Assembly (NCBI GenBank): GCA_004022145.1
Contig: RCNU01000003.1
Strand: one strand, 5' to 3'
From: Paecilomyces variotii
Lineage: Eukaryota
Length of the DNA: 64,000 nucleotides
The notes beneath the pieces were generated by a model. The model worked only from the letters and a program-made list of their open reading frames with translations, made no database searches and had not been told where the DNA came from. Numbering within the stretch: position 1 is the first letter of the stretch; each line of letters begins with the position of its first letter. Below are positions 62,764 to 64,000 of the stretch, piece by piece. Both the position numbers and the translations under genes were made by a program.

Positions 62764-64000
62764 AATCAGTAATCTGCATATGAGAAGCGGATAAGTGATA
62801 CAAAGTTGATAATATCACAGATGGCAGATTGATAGCCGTTGATATCCGTTGATATCCGCTTCCGTGTGTGGGGTCCGCTCCGTGCAAAGCAACGGCCGGA
62901 GAAAACAACCTTGGAAATAAATACCTAAGTACAACAATAATATTTTGCTTGGGTATCACCACTTGGTTGTTTAGGCACTAGGACGCCGACGAGTGGAATT
63001 TCGAGCGCCAGGCATGAAACTTGACTCTGCACTGCCACTGAGCAGGCAAGAGTGGCGGTGAGCACGTGATCATGTTGTGCATGTTTCTATCGGTGAAGCA
63101 ATAATAATAATATATTTAAACAGCTTCCTAAACTCCTGGAGAAAGGAGAGGCTACAAAATAAAGCTAATCCCACAGTTGTCTAGATAAAACATCCCCAAC
63201 ATACCTATCGCTCTGGACCCACCAGGACAAGACTAAGTCCAAAGTGATGGAGGGCCAGTCCAGGGAAATCTTGCGGGTGATATAGAATCTAAAGGAGATG
63301 CTTGTATAAAGAAATATCATCTTTCAGCAGATTGCCACTAATTCAATAGATATAAACGCGGACTAACGATAGCTGAAAGACCAAAATGCGGATCTACAGG
63401 AAGCCTACGGGCTAAGTTGGAAGGTACCTTGTGAACAGCAGGACCTTTAACAAGATCATGGGTAGAGGTGGCAGCTCATTACCGTTAGGGACCTATGGGA
63501 AATAGAAGATCTTTTCTACCTTAGTACAAAATACTGTATATTCATTATATACCATGCATGGGAAGAAGTGGATTAATTCGTCATGCTGACGAACATATAA
63601 CACGCATAACTAACTATATCGACATAGAACGATACTAGTCATTGATACAGCTCATTGGTCGGGGAGTCCGTCCTTGAAACACCATAGGGGAAACCAGACA
63701 GGCGCATGGAAATAGTCATAACGAATGAGAATGCGAATGGGTATTTCTATCCCTACCAATCTAGGATACTTGATAATGGAAGAAACATAACCGTTTTCCT
63801 TTTGGGGCGGGAAGACGTCAACCTTACCAGAACTCAGAGTCTCCCACATGGTTTACTTACCATGGTTCGGCTACTTAGAATATAGATCCTGGTGATTCTT
63901 TCACATGGGGCTAGGAAACGGCCTGTTTAACGCCCTCGTTACTTGCTTCTTGATACGCTCTTACTACCGACATCATGATAACATGGAATGACGTATATAC

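Noticed and set aside
63652-63863. Short minus-strand ORF with an ATG/GTAAGT junction
   Set aside because: It has a weak branch site and acceptor and no recognisable product; I cannot support it as a gene.

Overview
Gene-dense, intron-containing DNA from a filamentous ascomycete. The intron signals (GT..CTRAC..YAG) and protein families suggest Eurotiales; this is inference. About 25 protein-coding genes can be reconstructed by hand-splicing: a Vps39/TGFBRAP1-family CNH protein, an intradiol dioxygenase, LSM7, PAN3, a UBX protein, two SDR/epimerases, two Zn2Cys6 factors (one ARO80-like) plus a protein with a C-terminal Zn2Cys6-spaced motif, a DUR3-type transporter paired with an M20 amidohydrolase, Maf, SDH4, an NADP oxidoreductase, MPP-beta, fibrillarin, a DUF3455-like secreted protein, a bHLH factor, a GFA-domain protein, a membrane protein and two orphans. 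I found no supportable rRNA, tRNA, CRISPR array or intact transposon. The most notable observations are: (1) the DUR3-like gene appears to need a single-nucleotide exon (T at 27006) between two complete introns to restore its GPFWYAAG motif; (2) a 444-nt PAN3 intron is in frame, has only one stop and contains an ATG that reads into the next exon; (3) a small accessory island holds a PD-(D/E)XK nuclease-fold gene and gene relics; (4) an orphan repeat protein has a PAM2-like motif in its spliced last exon; (5) an ADH pseudogene lies next to the ARO80-like gene. All calls come from reading the sequence; no database searches were run.
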